Positions 15,101 through 28,199 of a stretch of DNA of 64,000 nt are shown here, piece by piece (position 1 is the first letter of the stretch; every line of letters begins with the position of its first letter). Origin of the DNA: Chrysomallon squamiferum (taxonomy: Eukaryota > Animalia > Mollusca); NCBI GenBank assembly GCA_012295275.1, contig CM022669.1, positions 2,914,001 to 2,978,000 on the forward strand. The letters run 5' to 3'. A model generated the notes under the pieces. That model saw nothing but the letters and a program-made list of their open reading frames with translations, was not told the DNA's origin and ran no database searches. The position numbers and the translations under genes were made by a program.

Positions 15101-17126
15101 AAAACTAAGAATAATTTTTACTGCAACAACAGCAATAACCATGTATCATCAATCTTTTAATGTTCGGTTCATGGTTGAGATGCGCTTATTTTTATGCGGC
15201 CAGTTTCGTAGTCTTATTAAAGCCAAATGTTGACTCAGCCAATATCAGTCGTAGAACTCAAGTAGAAAAAGTTTTATCAGTAAATTTAAGGCAGGCTTCC
15301 ATTTTCAATTCTGCAGTAAAGAGATGAGTTAGATTCTTGATTTTTCTGTTTATAATTGAATATAAGCTAAAGTTAGAAATATGATGTTTTAGTATACATA
15401 TTTTTTCGTTTTAATAAATTAATCGACGTGAGAAATTTTAAGTATTTTGTAAAGCATGTTTGGTAATCACAACTTAAAAAAGAAATTTGGAATATTTTTC
15501 TTAACAGAGCAAGAAATCGTCTTTAAAGATTTTCTGATAGATTAAAAAAAATAACATATCTCAGTTTTAATATCTTTGGTTGGAACGTGTGGGATTTATC
15601 ACAATGAACTTCAAGGTTCTATTAACAAACCTAGAAAATGTACTGACAGTAGTGAAATATTCAGCATATGCTAACAGTACTATTAGATATTTATCAGAAT
15701 TATAGACCTTGTTTAAATATAAAACAGAATTCTTATAAAAAAGTAAATTTTGAATAAAGTACATAATCTAGCGTTTAATTTCTGCTTTTTCTTCAATAAT
15801 TTGATTAAAAATTACGTTTATTTATTGTTGTATTCTGTCGATGATATTAATATTAACGATGCTCTTAATTTCCCTTACACACAGAAATAAAAAAGAATCA
15901 CAATGCAAACGTTATTCTTCACCACTCCTTGTACTGCCCATATTCTCTGTCCGTTTCTTCCATGGTCGTCATGAAAACATTTATAAAACTAATCAGACTG
16001 AAAGTAGAGATTCCACAGAGACTTATGGTAAAATATTTTCTTGCAATGTTTAAGGGGAAATCAAAATAACCTACCGTGATCTTTTGACTTAGAGAGTCTC
16101 TTTGAAAATAAACATTCTCTATCGTACATCTACTATAAATAAACACTGCTATGATACATATTTACTTCAGGAGTCAGTACTACTTTAACAATGCATGGAT
16201 GCGAGGTTCTCCAAGACTTTCAGAAGTAACCGACTCTGGCTTAACTCCACTGGGAGAAGATGTCTTGTAGATAAAGGTTTTCAATTTTCTTGAAATCTGT
16301 ATTAACATAGAATCGAGACGGTCACTGTAGTTTTACATTCGCATCAGTCAAGATTTACGTTTCTAAGAAAATCTTTATTAAGTTAGATTGTTTATGCCGC
16401 TACCGTCTCCAGAGTTTCATGCGCATCGTTTGAGATTTACACAGTTACAAGAAACATGCTCTGTTTTCAAACAAGATCTATATGCTAATTAATATTTAAT
16501 ATTACTTGCGTTTGATACTTATGTAATATTTAAATTATGTTTATTTAAACTATGTTTAAAAACAAGTTTACTTGGCTTGTTTTTAAATATTTACTTATGC
16601 TTATTACTGTAACAAATATTGTATTTGATCGCACAATTTACATTTTACAAAACATCTGGTTTATATTTAAACAATGTCTATATTCTGATAAATATTCATG
16701 AATCGACTTACATTGTTGAAGAATCTTTGCACTAATAACCGTAGTCTCAGAACGATGACTGCTGTGGTATTTAGAAAATATCTCGAGCAGATATAAAGTG
16801 ATACAGCCAGGACGTCTAAGTAAAGAATCAACATGAATTTTATCAGGTGGCGTCAGCAGATAATAAAACTGCAACAAAATGTGTTTTTATTATTATTTTC
16901 ACCGCTGTTTGTCTCGACCATATAACTATTTTCTACATATAAAACAAGCAACAGATACAGAAATTAAGTATTATGCTCTAGCTATGTTATTAGACAAAAC
17001 AAACGTTCAAGAAATTTTTCAAATAAACCTTTTTTCTTCGGTAACAAAGTATATCAATATATTTTTTAATTTACTTGATTGTAAGTAATGATATTTTCAT
17101 TCAGTAACCTTTGAAATAATAACAAT

Positions 17127-17169
<43 letters not shown>

Positions 17170-17515
17170 TTTTATTGATTGATTGATTATTATTTGTGTT
17201 TCGTCTTCTTCTTTCGTTTTTCATTTATTTTATAAAAATCATTTTATTTATAATTTAAATGTATGCATGTGCATGAATGTATATATGTTTGTGTGTGTGT
17301 GTGAGTGTTTATGTATGTTTGTGCGTGTGAGTGTGTATGTATATGCATGGATATTTATACAGATTCATGACTATATATAACTACGTATATTTATAATGCT
17401 TAAATCTATATATCTATCTATCAAATCTATCTATCTATCTGTCTATCTATCTATCTATCTATCCATCCATCTGTCTATCAGTCTATCTATCTATCTATCT
17501 GCATATTTATCTATG

Positions 17516-17557
17516 TAATGTTTTTGTAATAAAGTACGGATATTAGTAAATAATTCA

Positions 17558-17588
<31 letters not shown>

Positions 17589-17689
17589 CCTGTCTGTCTG
17601 TCTGTCTATCTATATGTCTGTTTGTCTGTCTGTCTATCTGTATATCTAATGTTTCTGTAATAAAGTACGAGTATTAGTAAATAATTCAC
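17516..17689. repeat. 43-bp direct repeat pair (17516-17558 and 17647-17689) separated by (CTGT)n/(CTAT)n
   Basis: taatgttt.tgtaataaagtacg..tattagtaaataattcac occurs twice. Confidence 0.85.
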
Positions 17690-18710
17690 AGTGATAGCAA
17701 ATACTACGATACTGTTACAGTAATATTTTCAGTAACTGTGCTGCAAACAGTTTATTCATTTACGTTAAACACGTTGGTCTGGTTAAGCACATTCAGCAGA
17801 TGACAAATCAATTGTGAGCAGGAGGTTTTGTTTACTGAGTGTTGTCTGAACGTCTTGCACGTGTTTTTACAGATGTATTCGGGCTTCACTCGAGCACACT
17901 ACGGAAGTACAGACCTATGGGTTTTGGGTGAAAAGCTGTCAGTGTTACTTTTTGCCCTCTTCTCGCTCAACCCAGAAAGATCATTTTTGACGCAGAACAT
18001 TCTAGCTGGGTCTCGGATCAGTTACTTTCTTAAAAATATTCAATTTGAGAATCTCTTGTTTTTTCTTTCAACTTGCGTGAAGTTACTTCAAGAATGTTTC
18101 AGTCTTTCCCGAAACGTAAGACCGACCAGTCAGGGGCGCACCTATGAGTTCAGAAGGTAGGGCGTGCCGTTATCATGGGGCAGGCATACGTTCCTGTGTG
18201 TAAGAGCTTTAGCTTAAGGTAACGAACGATGTGTCGGACAGTAAGAAGGTAGGGAGGGAGTTACAGTGCGTGCCCTCCTCTTGCTCCGTCGACGACAAAA
18301 TGTTGCAGATTGTTTTCTGCTCGTATTACCATGTTGTTAGAGCACGGCTGATGGAAGTAGAATACTTGTAACTCCATTTGGTTTTATCATTTATACATCA
18401 GCATGGGAAAGTATGTTGTTAAAGAAAACACGATATTTTAAATGTTTCTTGACAGTTTTGGAAATGATAAACGTGTACTAATTAAAGTTTTTCTGTTGAA
18501 ATTTTTTTTAAACATTTATATCCAATTAAAACTTAGAAATAAAACTGTTATTTTTTTTATGTTATCTTCGTTCTGAGGCTGTACGGACAAAAATTATCAT
18601 AAAAATATTGATGACGGTGCTATCTTTACTATTACTACAACTACTGGTAAAACCATTAATAAAAATAATGATTAAAATAGCAATAGTACCGACACCAACT
18701 ACTACAACAA

Positions 18711-18713
<3 letters not shown>

Positions 18714-18798
<85 letters not shown>
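18714..18798. repeat. (CT)n microsatellite
   Basis: Direct reading. Confidence 0.97.
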
Positions 18799-18802
<4 letters not shown>

Positions 18803-19220
18803 ATATAATTATAAAAAAGAGATTTTGGTAGCTGAGGACAAACTATCCAATTTATATTGAAAAACGGAGTAGAATGGGGATTATAAACTGCTGTGGTTTG
18901 TGGGTATCATTTAAACTATTTTACTGGTAACTGGAAGAAATATTAAGCAGATTTCCTCAAACATACGTTATATCAGCCTTAGCTTTACTATCGTTCAGGC
19001 TTCTAGTTCAAACTAAAATTGATGAATTTAAAAACAAAACAAGCAAGCTAACAAACAACCAGAAGAAAAACTAATCATAAAGAAAGTCAGTATATAAAAG
19101 AAAGTAAAATATTATAATAAAAAATACACCAACAGTATCAAAAAAAAAAAAATTGAAGAAAGAAGAGATTCAACAAAACATCAGAAAAAAACAGTATGCT
19201 CCCAAAAATAAATAAAACAA

Positions 19221-19279
<59 letters not shown>

Positions 19280-21652
19280 ATATATAAAACAAGAACAACA
19301 ATAATAATAATAATAGGATTATTTATCTGTGCATACATATACAGTTACATAAATTTGAATGCAGACGAAGACAATTAGATCTAAAGATGTTATCACAGGC
19401 GTATCGTGTTCCGTTCTGCTTTTCCTTCTGGCTTAGCTATTTATTTAGATTTATTACGCAACATAATTACATGGATTTAGTATTACAGATATTATTACAC
19501 TTAGAAGAAAAAAAACCGCTGCAAATACTGAAGAGATATGACTGAGTGTAACGCAATTATAAACCTGTGATTTATTTCCTGTGTTCCTATGATTTGTAAT
19601 GGGAATGAAAGGGATTCTTTCCAGTCAGTTATTGATTACATGTGCACACAGCTCTCATAATAACTCCCAGTGGGCTCTCTACGAAACTTGTTAAGATATT
19701 CCCAGTACAACGGGAGTTAAATCTGATCGATGGTGGAAGCTGGAGGGTTAACCCGCGGCCAGTTCTGCGCCATGATTCACCGCAAAATTGAATGGCAAAG
19801 CAAAAAGTTATTTCGAGGACTTAAATGATTTTTGTTCGCTAATTAGGTCTGCCTCGTTGTTTTCATGGGATTTTCAGCGCTGCTTGGTTGAATTTTTAAC
19901 ACTGGAAATATTTTTTTAATAAGATTTATCAAACAATATTATTTATTTTGAATTTTCACATATTTTAAGAAGATATTTTTATATAGATATCGGTTTCAGT
20001 TTATTAAATACACATATATCTAGATAGCTAGAGACATAGACAGACAGACAGATAGATAGCTAGAGACATAGACAGACAGACAGACAGACAGACAGATAGA
20101 CAGACAGACAGACAGACTGATAGATAGATAGATAGACGTATTTAACACACTATAATGGCAGTGGCTACGTATTATGCCAGACACTTGTAGAGACTCTTTG
20201 GTTACCTGGGGCAGAGTTGATTTGCACGAAATGTTACACAGATAAAAACACAAGTATCAACTTCTAATAACAAGTATTTTTTATTAACAAAGGACAGCGA
20301 CATCACATATCTTAAATACCATTTCCTTTTGATTTTTCCTAAAACAAAATTCCACGCTTTTGCCCGAATTTGAACGTAAGTCCATCTTTCAGACCTAACA
20401 CCAGATTAACGTTTACTGGGATAAACGTAAATGTGTTTATATCCATTAAAGGTGAAGGCTGCCTGACCCAGGCATGCAGACAGTTGATAATCTGGACATA
20501 CAGACTATCTATCTGAATGTTTGTCTAAGATAATTATATAAAAACAGTAGTTAATTAGTATAAAAATAGAATGTCAGGCCCTGAAATGTCTGTATTATGA
20601 GCTGGTACAATATGCTTTAAGTCTAGGGGACAGTGACTTAATCACAAGTAACCCAGTTGGTGTGACTAGTGTTTGTAACAGAAATTTGAATCAGTAACTA
20701 AGAGTTAACTACTGAGAATGGAACACAGTAAATATTATCATGAAGTTTTATGCTTAACTCGTTGTGACATATAACTGAATATTACATTATTTTAGTAACA
20801 TTATAACCTGCATAAGGCTCATGAAAGATCAAAGAGAATTGTAGTTACAAATACATAATGAAGAGATAAAGCAAGCGATAACCATACACGTTAGTTATTT
20901 CCCTTTATTCTGTACCTGTAGTAAATATAATAGTTTTATTATATAATTTAGTTTAGCATGCTATATATTATTAGATGATGCATATTTCAGTGTCTGTGTG
21001 TATATATCTATATATGATTGACTTTGTATGTGTGTGTGTGTGTGTGTGTGTTTTTAAATATTATATTCGTCTATGTACACGTATGTTTCTCAGTATTTAT
21101 TTTGTTCTCTGTTTCTTGATTTTTTTAAATTAAATATAAAATTTGTTTTGTGTGATGGAGACTTGTTTAATGAACATACAGGTGAAATGCTATTCTGGTA
21201 GTCTATCCTTTTACTTGTACGTTCAAAATACAGAACAAAATAATTACTGGAGAAAACCATGCGTGTTTAAGCTAGTAAAATTATTATCTGTAATTGAAAA
21301 ACCTCTTTAATATGCATTGTACTTTCATTCATAATGTAATTTAATTGTCCACCCTTTTTCACTTGTAAAAATGTAATTATTTTATGTATGAAGTGTATGC
21401 CTGTGATTCCTACAGTCAGTAAACTACATTATACTTGTGTATGTGTCAATGCAAGTCGGTGTAAACAGGCTATATGTTTTTAAAACGTTGTTAATTTTAA
21501 AAACTCTAATGATTGATGAGACTGGCAGTGTCAGTCCGAGGCTGCTTAATTTAGACCTCATTAAAATAGCTTCCTGGTGTCATACCCTTCATCATCAACA
21601 ACATCTTCAAGTGTTCAATAGACTAACTAGTTAACTACCTAACTATCTGAAG

Positions 21653-21704
<52 letters not shown>

Positions 21705-21796
21705 AAAATAAATAAATAAATAAATAAATAAGTAAGTAAGTAAGCAATTAAACAAAATAAAATAAAATTAAACAAAATAAACCAGATACAATTCAG

Positions 21797-21817
21797 TTTA
21801 TTGCCAACCATTTTATT
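21797..21817 (-). terminator. Candidate polyadenylation signals for the Ig gene (two AATAAA)
   Basis: tttatt on + at 21797-21802 and 21812-21817, at the end of about 2.5 kb of AT-rich, 3'UTR-like sequence and followed on the minus strand by a U-rich (TTTA)n tract. AATAAA is frequent by chance here. Confidence 0.25.
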
Positions 21818-23974
21818 TTGAATTGTACATACGAATTATAAAATATTTCGACACATACAACAACGAAACACAGATGTGAACAAATTATATTCACAATTAT
21901 TTTAATGCACAGTTTTAGTGTAAATCAAAACAATAAACTGTCATTATATACAAAACAAACATTTAAATATAAATAACAGAAATGATCTTAAATAAATACG
22001 TAACTTTTGTACGACTTGGGAAACACATTAACTGATTCATAGGGTATAAAGATCAGACGCTGAAGGGTTTTCAGTCACCATACACGAAGAATGAAACTGA
22101 AGGAAGGTCTAGCTAGGAAATAATTTTAAACAACTGTCAGCTTTTAAAATCAATTAGATATGTTTACTCTCTATTATTAGAATGTATCTCTCGACTTATG
22201 AATAAACTGTCTAATAAAATCCTTCCATGTTGTTACTTTATTGTTTTGTTATCATAGTTCATAACAAGATAAAAAGAACTGTAACAAAACATTAGAACGT
22301 TTTGCTCTTTCACGCTGGGTCAGAATGTTTTTAGATCTTCTCATTATGTCTAAATATATACAGCTTATAACATTCACATATGACAAAACGTAAGCGAAAT
22401 TATTTATTATACTTATTAAGATTTATTTAAAGCTAAAAAGTTATTAAGTTTTATTGGTTAGTACATAATAAATGTTCTCATTTAAAATTAAAATATTATT
22501 TTAAAAATATTTATTATAATCTGCTTCAGCGATTTCGAACTCAGAGTGATTTTGGTGTTCTCAATTCACAGATTAAACGCTTTGTAACTGATAGTCCTTC
22601 AGTATTTCTTTCTTATCTTTTTTCCTTATTTCTTCTTCTTCTTATTTTTTTCTTCTTTTTGTTTTTAAACCCAGTTGTAGTATTTAATATCTGTGTGAAA
22701 CATTTTAGACTAAGAAAATTATTCTGTAATAACATATAAATGATGAAACAATAGCGAGTGAAATAATTACATTACAATCAGTTATTTACAATATAAAACA
22801 ACATTAAAACTTATCAATATGTTTCTTTCCTCGACTTTTAGATTCTGGAATTAGTAAGCAATTCCTTAATCTAAAATAAATTACTCACTTTAAATTAAAA
22901 ACTACACGTAAGTAAAGTAAAGTAAATAAGTAAGTAAGTAAGTTAGTAAGTTAGTAACTAAAGTAATTAATAAGTTAATTAACAAATGACTAATTACACA
23001 TTGTAGGTATTATTCAACAATAAAAATACATTAAAAAAGTTTTATAGTGATACTGTTGTGTTGTTATCATCATCATCAACATCATCATTATCATCAACAT
23101 CAACAAAACATTAGTTATTGTTATCCATAGGCTTTAAATATCGTGATAGAAAGTAAGTTATGCTAGAAACAAAAACGTGGTAGTATTACTTTATAAATAA
23201 CATTGATTCATTTCTATACCCAGAAACAATTTTCAATAAAATCAAAGAGTAGATATAAGTGAGAGATATATAATACATACGAATATGCTAATCTTTCTAA
23301 ACTTTCATAGTGAACGATTTTGTAATCCAATTATAGATTTAAACTGATATACTTTAATAAAATAAAAACTATATTTTATAAACCATAATAATTATTATAA
23401 ACGAGTGATTACATTTAAAGGATAAAATAATAAATCGTTTTAATAATTTTGTTTTAGTTCATATTACAGTAACAGACATAATATTCTGTAATCTTAATAT
23501 AATGTCAATAATATAAAAAGGAATATTAGTTCTTAATTTACGTATATAATACATAAAGTATTAAAATAAAAGTTAATTATGTAATGCAACCTTTACTTTT
23601 CTGTAAAATAATCGAACTTAATGACCAAAACCAAAACTACAGAACAATATGCGAGAAGTAATTCCCATCCAAATTACATAGTATGCTCTTTCAACTAGAA
23701 CCTTTAATTATTTTTTTTGTTTTTGTTTCGTTTTATAATAATATTATTTATCGTTAATATATATATATCAGTGGCCTAGCCAGTTTTTACCTAATGGCAA
23801 ATACTGAAATGTTATATGTTAACTAAATGAGTTATAATTATAAAACAGTAACAGAAATAAATAATCAAACAAGTAACATTTTGGGTATTCGCAAAATATA
23901 ATAATTTAAAAACCAGCAACAACGAATTACCCTCTATAAATATAAAGCATTATTTTCATATTTATAATCTAGAA

Positions 23975-24082
<108 letters not shown>

Positions 24083-24306
24083 ATATGACTTATCTCTCTC
24101 TCATTTATTCCACAAGAACAAGGAACATGATTTTAGTATAGGATCCTGTATGATATGGTAACAATATTTCTGTGAGTGATGACATTATCAACTTATACGT
24201 GCACCGAACACATTTATGTCATATGCTCGCCAGGACCATACGAGATATTAATAAAATATTTGTCATTGAACAGATCATTCGAAACATTTTTATATCCACT
24301 GAATCT

Positions 24307-24506
24307 TCAAGTACTCCTGTGTTGGTCACACAATACAGGAAATAATGATTTTTTGACAGAAAATACTCGTTTTGCAGAACACACGGATATCACAACATTT
24401 GATGTATTTTTAAGATGACCCTTTGTGATTGTCCAGGTGAGGATAACTGACTGGGTATGTGAGGCACTGCTTTCAGCTGCTTGGATTGGTCTGTTGTTGT
24501 CCAAAT
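24307..24506 (-). CDS. Lachesin/DIP-like Ig gene, probable last coding exon (YLDNNRPIQAAESSASHTQSVILTWTITKGHL...DQHRST-stop)
   Basis: Tandem acceptor tttcagtttcag|, open in phase 1 for 65 codons to TGA. It has a small-residue patch (AAESSAS) but no clear hydrophobic tail, so the assignment is uncertain. Confidence 0.5.
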
Positions 24507-25532
24507 CTGAAACTGAAATTATACTTTAACATTATAACTGAAATAAAACTTGTTATTAATAATAAATATGGTTTGGAAAATTTTGCATTATCGAAAATTA
24601 CTACAGTACTTATTGCAAGTTAAATTAATTTATTTATGACTATAGAAATTTGGTTAATATATCTCTGTTTGCCCATAATCTACCTGTTTGCCTATATACC
24701 TGTTTAATCGTTTATCTCTATATATATCTGTCTGTATGTATATATATCTTTCTATCTATCACTATCTGTTGATCTAATATTAATCACTCTCTATCCATAC
24801 ATCCATCTCTTTAATAACCTCTATGTCGAACTATAGTTAGGCTTTCTGATTATTTTTCTATTTATCTGTCTATATTGTACACACAGCAGTAGTTCCTTAC
24901 TCGTGTTTGATTTTATGTGAAGTAAAATAAAGAAAACAAAAGAGCACAAAAAAAGAACAGAAAGGAAAAAGTAAATATACTAAATAAATAAAGAAAAGAA
25001 AAGAAAAGAAAAAAATAAAAAAAAAGAAGATAAAGTATGAAACAAGTAAATCTTAAGTTATCATGTTTAAATGCCGACTAAAATATGTTCGTTTTACAGG
25101 ATTTTGCCAGTGACAAAAAGAAGTTATTTTATGAGGAATTTAAACTAGATAATACAGACTTGAGAAGTTAGGTATTTTTATAGCGAGACGAGTTTACTGT
25201 ACCAAAAATAAACTCTTCTATATTCCCACTGTTTAGATATACAACTCTCTGCTTATATCTTTTTTCATCATTGGAATTCAGAATAGCTATCTCTCTCTTT
25301 ACCCGTCTTTCTTTATATCTATATAACAACGTGTTTATTTTAGGATTTGAATATTCTCTGTCTTATGTATGTCTGATTAGATTCTGCACATAGACAATAT
25401 TTGGGAACACACTGGCACAGGAGGACAAGTATAATCGCGACTAATAAACCCAATCAGATGCCCCTGACGAGCCTCGAACGTGCGGCACCCATTCGCCCGC
25501 ACACCCACTGTGGACAATGCGGCCATCAAGAC

Positions 25533-25890
25533 ATGTATGTATACATGCACATATGTATGTATGTATTATATATGCACATATGTATGTATGTATATATATA
25601 TGCACATATGTATGTATATATATATATATGACATATGTATGTATGTATGTATATATGGACATATGTATGTATGTATGTATATATGCACATGTATGTATGT
25701 ATGTATATATGCACACATGTATGTATGGAATATATATATGCACATATGTATGAAATATATATATGCATATGTACGTATGTATGTATGTTTGTATGTACGT
25801 ATGTATGTATGTATGTATGTATGTATGTATGTTTGTTTGTATGTATGTATGTGTAGACGTATGTATTATATTCAAATATGTATGTAGGTG
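25533..25890. repeat. (TATG)n/(TA)n compound repeat with recurring gcacatatg
   Basis: Direct reading. Confidence 0.95.
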
Positions 25891-26317
25891 CGCGCGTGTG
25901 TGTACGTGTGTCTTCTTCTTTATATAAAATGCACATAATGTACACCTTTTACAGGGCTAGACCGTTATCCTTGCCAAAAATTATTTTTAGTTTAAGTTAA
26001 TAAGAGACGGAGAAAGTTCAGGATTTCCATTTCTACTAGACTTAGGTCAAGGTCAGAGTATTTTGCTTCTGATTTACTATGTGTCCGTTTATTGGTTGAA
26101 ATAAACTGACCCAACCAATGAAATGTCTGGTTAAGTTAGCGTATGATAATAAACAGAGAAATTATGATTTTTATTTGCTCGGTTATGAGTGCCCGCTGGG
26201 GTAATAAATAATTCTTTAAACGTCTAATTGCTTTACCGTTATTTGTTTCTGTGTGTACATTTTCACTTTTAATTTCATTTCTATAGGATGATGCTGCAGA
26301 TTAATAGTATAATTTAT

Positions 26318-26319
<2 letters not shown>

Positions 26320-26408
<89 letters not shown>
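26320..26408. repeat. (CT)n microsatellite
   Basis: Direct reading. Confidence 0.97.
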
Positions 26409-26411
<3 letters not shown>

Positions 26412-26520
26412 TATATTCATATATTTACATACATTCAAAAACACATGAGATACATATGTATTATAATTATTATAGAGTATAAACGTTACAGTAAAGGTGT
26501 AATATTGTTTTTGTTCTTAC

Positions 26521-26733
26521 ATCCATATCGTGTGGGTTGTTTGGCTGGTCTTTTAGGGTAGGTGGCCGTCAGACGTCGTGTTGATGTGTCATATTGCTGT
26601 TTGTTCTTTTTCCCCTTATGAAAGCTTGTCAAGCCGTTGTTGTAGCCGCTGAATCTGTCAGGCAACACTTCGTATCGCGGCCCCAGTAATGTCGTTGTCG
26701 TCCTCGTTGTTGTTATAACTTCCGGTTCGATTT
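26521..26733 (-). CDS. Lachesin/DIP-like Ig gene, exon 7 (Thr-rich/basic stalk: EIEPEVITTTRTTTTLLGPRYEVLPDRFSG...PKRPAKQPTRYG)
   Basis: Acceptor aattttatag|, donor T|gtaaga, 213 nt (phase 1 to 1) and open. GC content is higher than the flanks. A mucin-like Thr run is expected after Ig3. Confidence 0.8.
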
Positions 26734-27267
26734 CTATAAAATTATTAATAAATGATGTTGAAATTATTCTAACATGATCTAAAATACCATTTTGAAACAT
26801 TATTTTTTAACAGTATTAAATACATTTAAAAAAAAAAAATAATAATAGATGTTTACTATCAAATGTTTTTAATAAATAAGATGATAACCAGGAATAGATT
26901 TATTGTTTAATGATGAAGGTAAAGAGGAAATCACTGCTATGATCCAGGCAGCGATCCTTACGGTTAGTACTGAATGACATTATTTTGCTTGTTGTTGTTT
27001 TTTTTTTTTTGTTTTTGTTTGGTTTTTACATCTTCCCGTAGGAAGGAAAATATATAAGCTAGATTTATAGCATCATTCTGGATCTGGATATTTAAAAATC
27101 ATCATCATATTCTTGATCTTGCTTTTCTTGTTATTATTTTTGTTTTTGTTCTTGCTCTTTCTGCTATTACAGAAAACTCTAGCATTATGGACCTTATTCA
27201 AACTCACACTTAGAATATTACTGTTAACCGTATTTAAAAATTACACAGATGCTGTTTATTAAACAAA

Positions 27268-27302
27268 TTATACTTGTATGACATTTCGTTGTCGGCGTGT
27301 AA
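27268..27302 (-). CDS. Candidate alternative terminal exon (VTRRQRNVIQV-stop)
   Basis: Strong acceptor tactaat-ttgaatttctcatatttcag|. Read in phase 1 from exon 6 it reaches TAA at 27270-27268. AATAAA follows at 27260-27255. No expression evidence. Confidence 0.35.
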
Positions 27303-27585
27303 CTGAAATATGAGAAATTCAAATTAGTAAATTGGTGTATTGGGAATAAATGTGGAAATGTTCAAATTATGTTCTCTGAAGGTTTACAAAAATTCCTTCT
27401 ATTACTATATTTAAAACTAGCTATTCTTGCACTAATTATGATTAGTCGTATGACTAATACCACTGAACCTCATGTTATTATTTAGTTATAATTTATAGGA
27501 CCTATTACTAGAGAATGCTAAGGAAATATTTTTCTACATTAGATGTAAAAAAAAAAAAAAAAAAAAAAAAATTCGAATTACAGTA

Positions 27586-28138
27586 CAGTGGAACCTCTGG
27601 TTACGAACGCCTCGAACAAATCGGATTACGAACCGCGATCTTGGGCAAGTTTTGTCTCGGTTTACGAACAATGTCCCAAGTTACCAACTACAGCGACACT
27701 TTCTTTTGGATAGAAGGATAAAAATAGATGCCTACGTCAAAACAGAGGTCAAAATAAGGATTATAGGCATGTACTAAGCAAATATATAGCATGGATTAGG
27801 GCCTTTATTCATCGATAAGCAGTAGTAGCTCAATAGCTTTTGCACTGAGACTGCACATAAATGCAGCAAAATTATAATAAATGCGAGCGCACAGTCTCAG
27901 TGCAAAAGCTGTTGAGCTGCTACTGCTTATCGATGATTAAATCCTTATTTTGACCTCTGTTTTGACGTAAGCATCTATTTTTATCCTTCCTAGATGATGA
28001 CGTCAAAAGAAAGTTTGTCGTGGCGCGTCGCTGCAGTTGGTAACTCGGGACATTGTTCGTAAACCGAAACAAAAATTGCCCAAGATCGCGGTCCGATTTG
28101 TTTGTGCTTCGAGGCGTTCGTAACCCGAGATTCCACAC
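27586..28138. mobile_element. Non-autonomous fold-back DNA transposon (MITE), Tc1/mariner/pogo-like
   Basis: Left end TA|CAGTGGAACCTCTGGTTACGAACGCCTCGAA and right end TTCGAGGCGTTCGTAACCCGAGATTCCACAC|TA. The arms are reverse-complementary over most of the length, with indels. Flanked by TA; no transposase ORF. Confidence 0.88.
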
Positions 28139-28199
28139 TATAATAATCACAATCAACATTAGGCAGTTTGGCTAATTCTCATATAGACTTTTTTCTTAC

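Noticed and set aside
25460-25530. tRNA gene
   Set aside because: A-box-like and B-box-like motifs are present, but I cannot fold acceptor and T stems into a cloverleaf.
27274-27302. Internal cassette microexon using the donor CAA|GTATAA
   Set aside because: The donor is weak and 29 nt would frameshift exon 7. The terminal-exon reading fits better.
27809-27936. Pre-miRNA hairpin
   Set aside because: It is the centre of the fold-back MITE, with a long stem and a large loop. It cannot be called a miRNA without small-RNA data.
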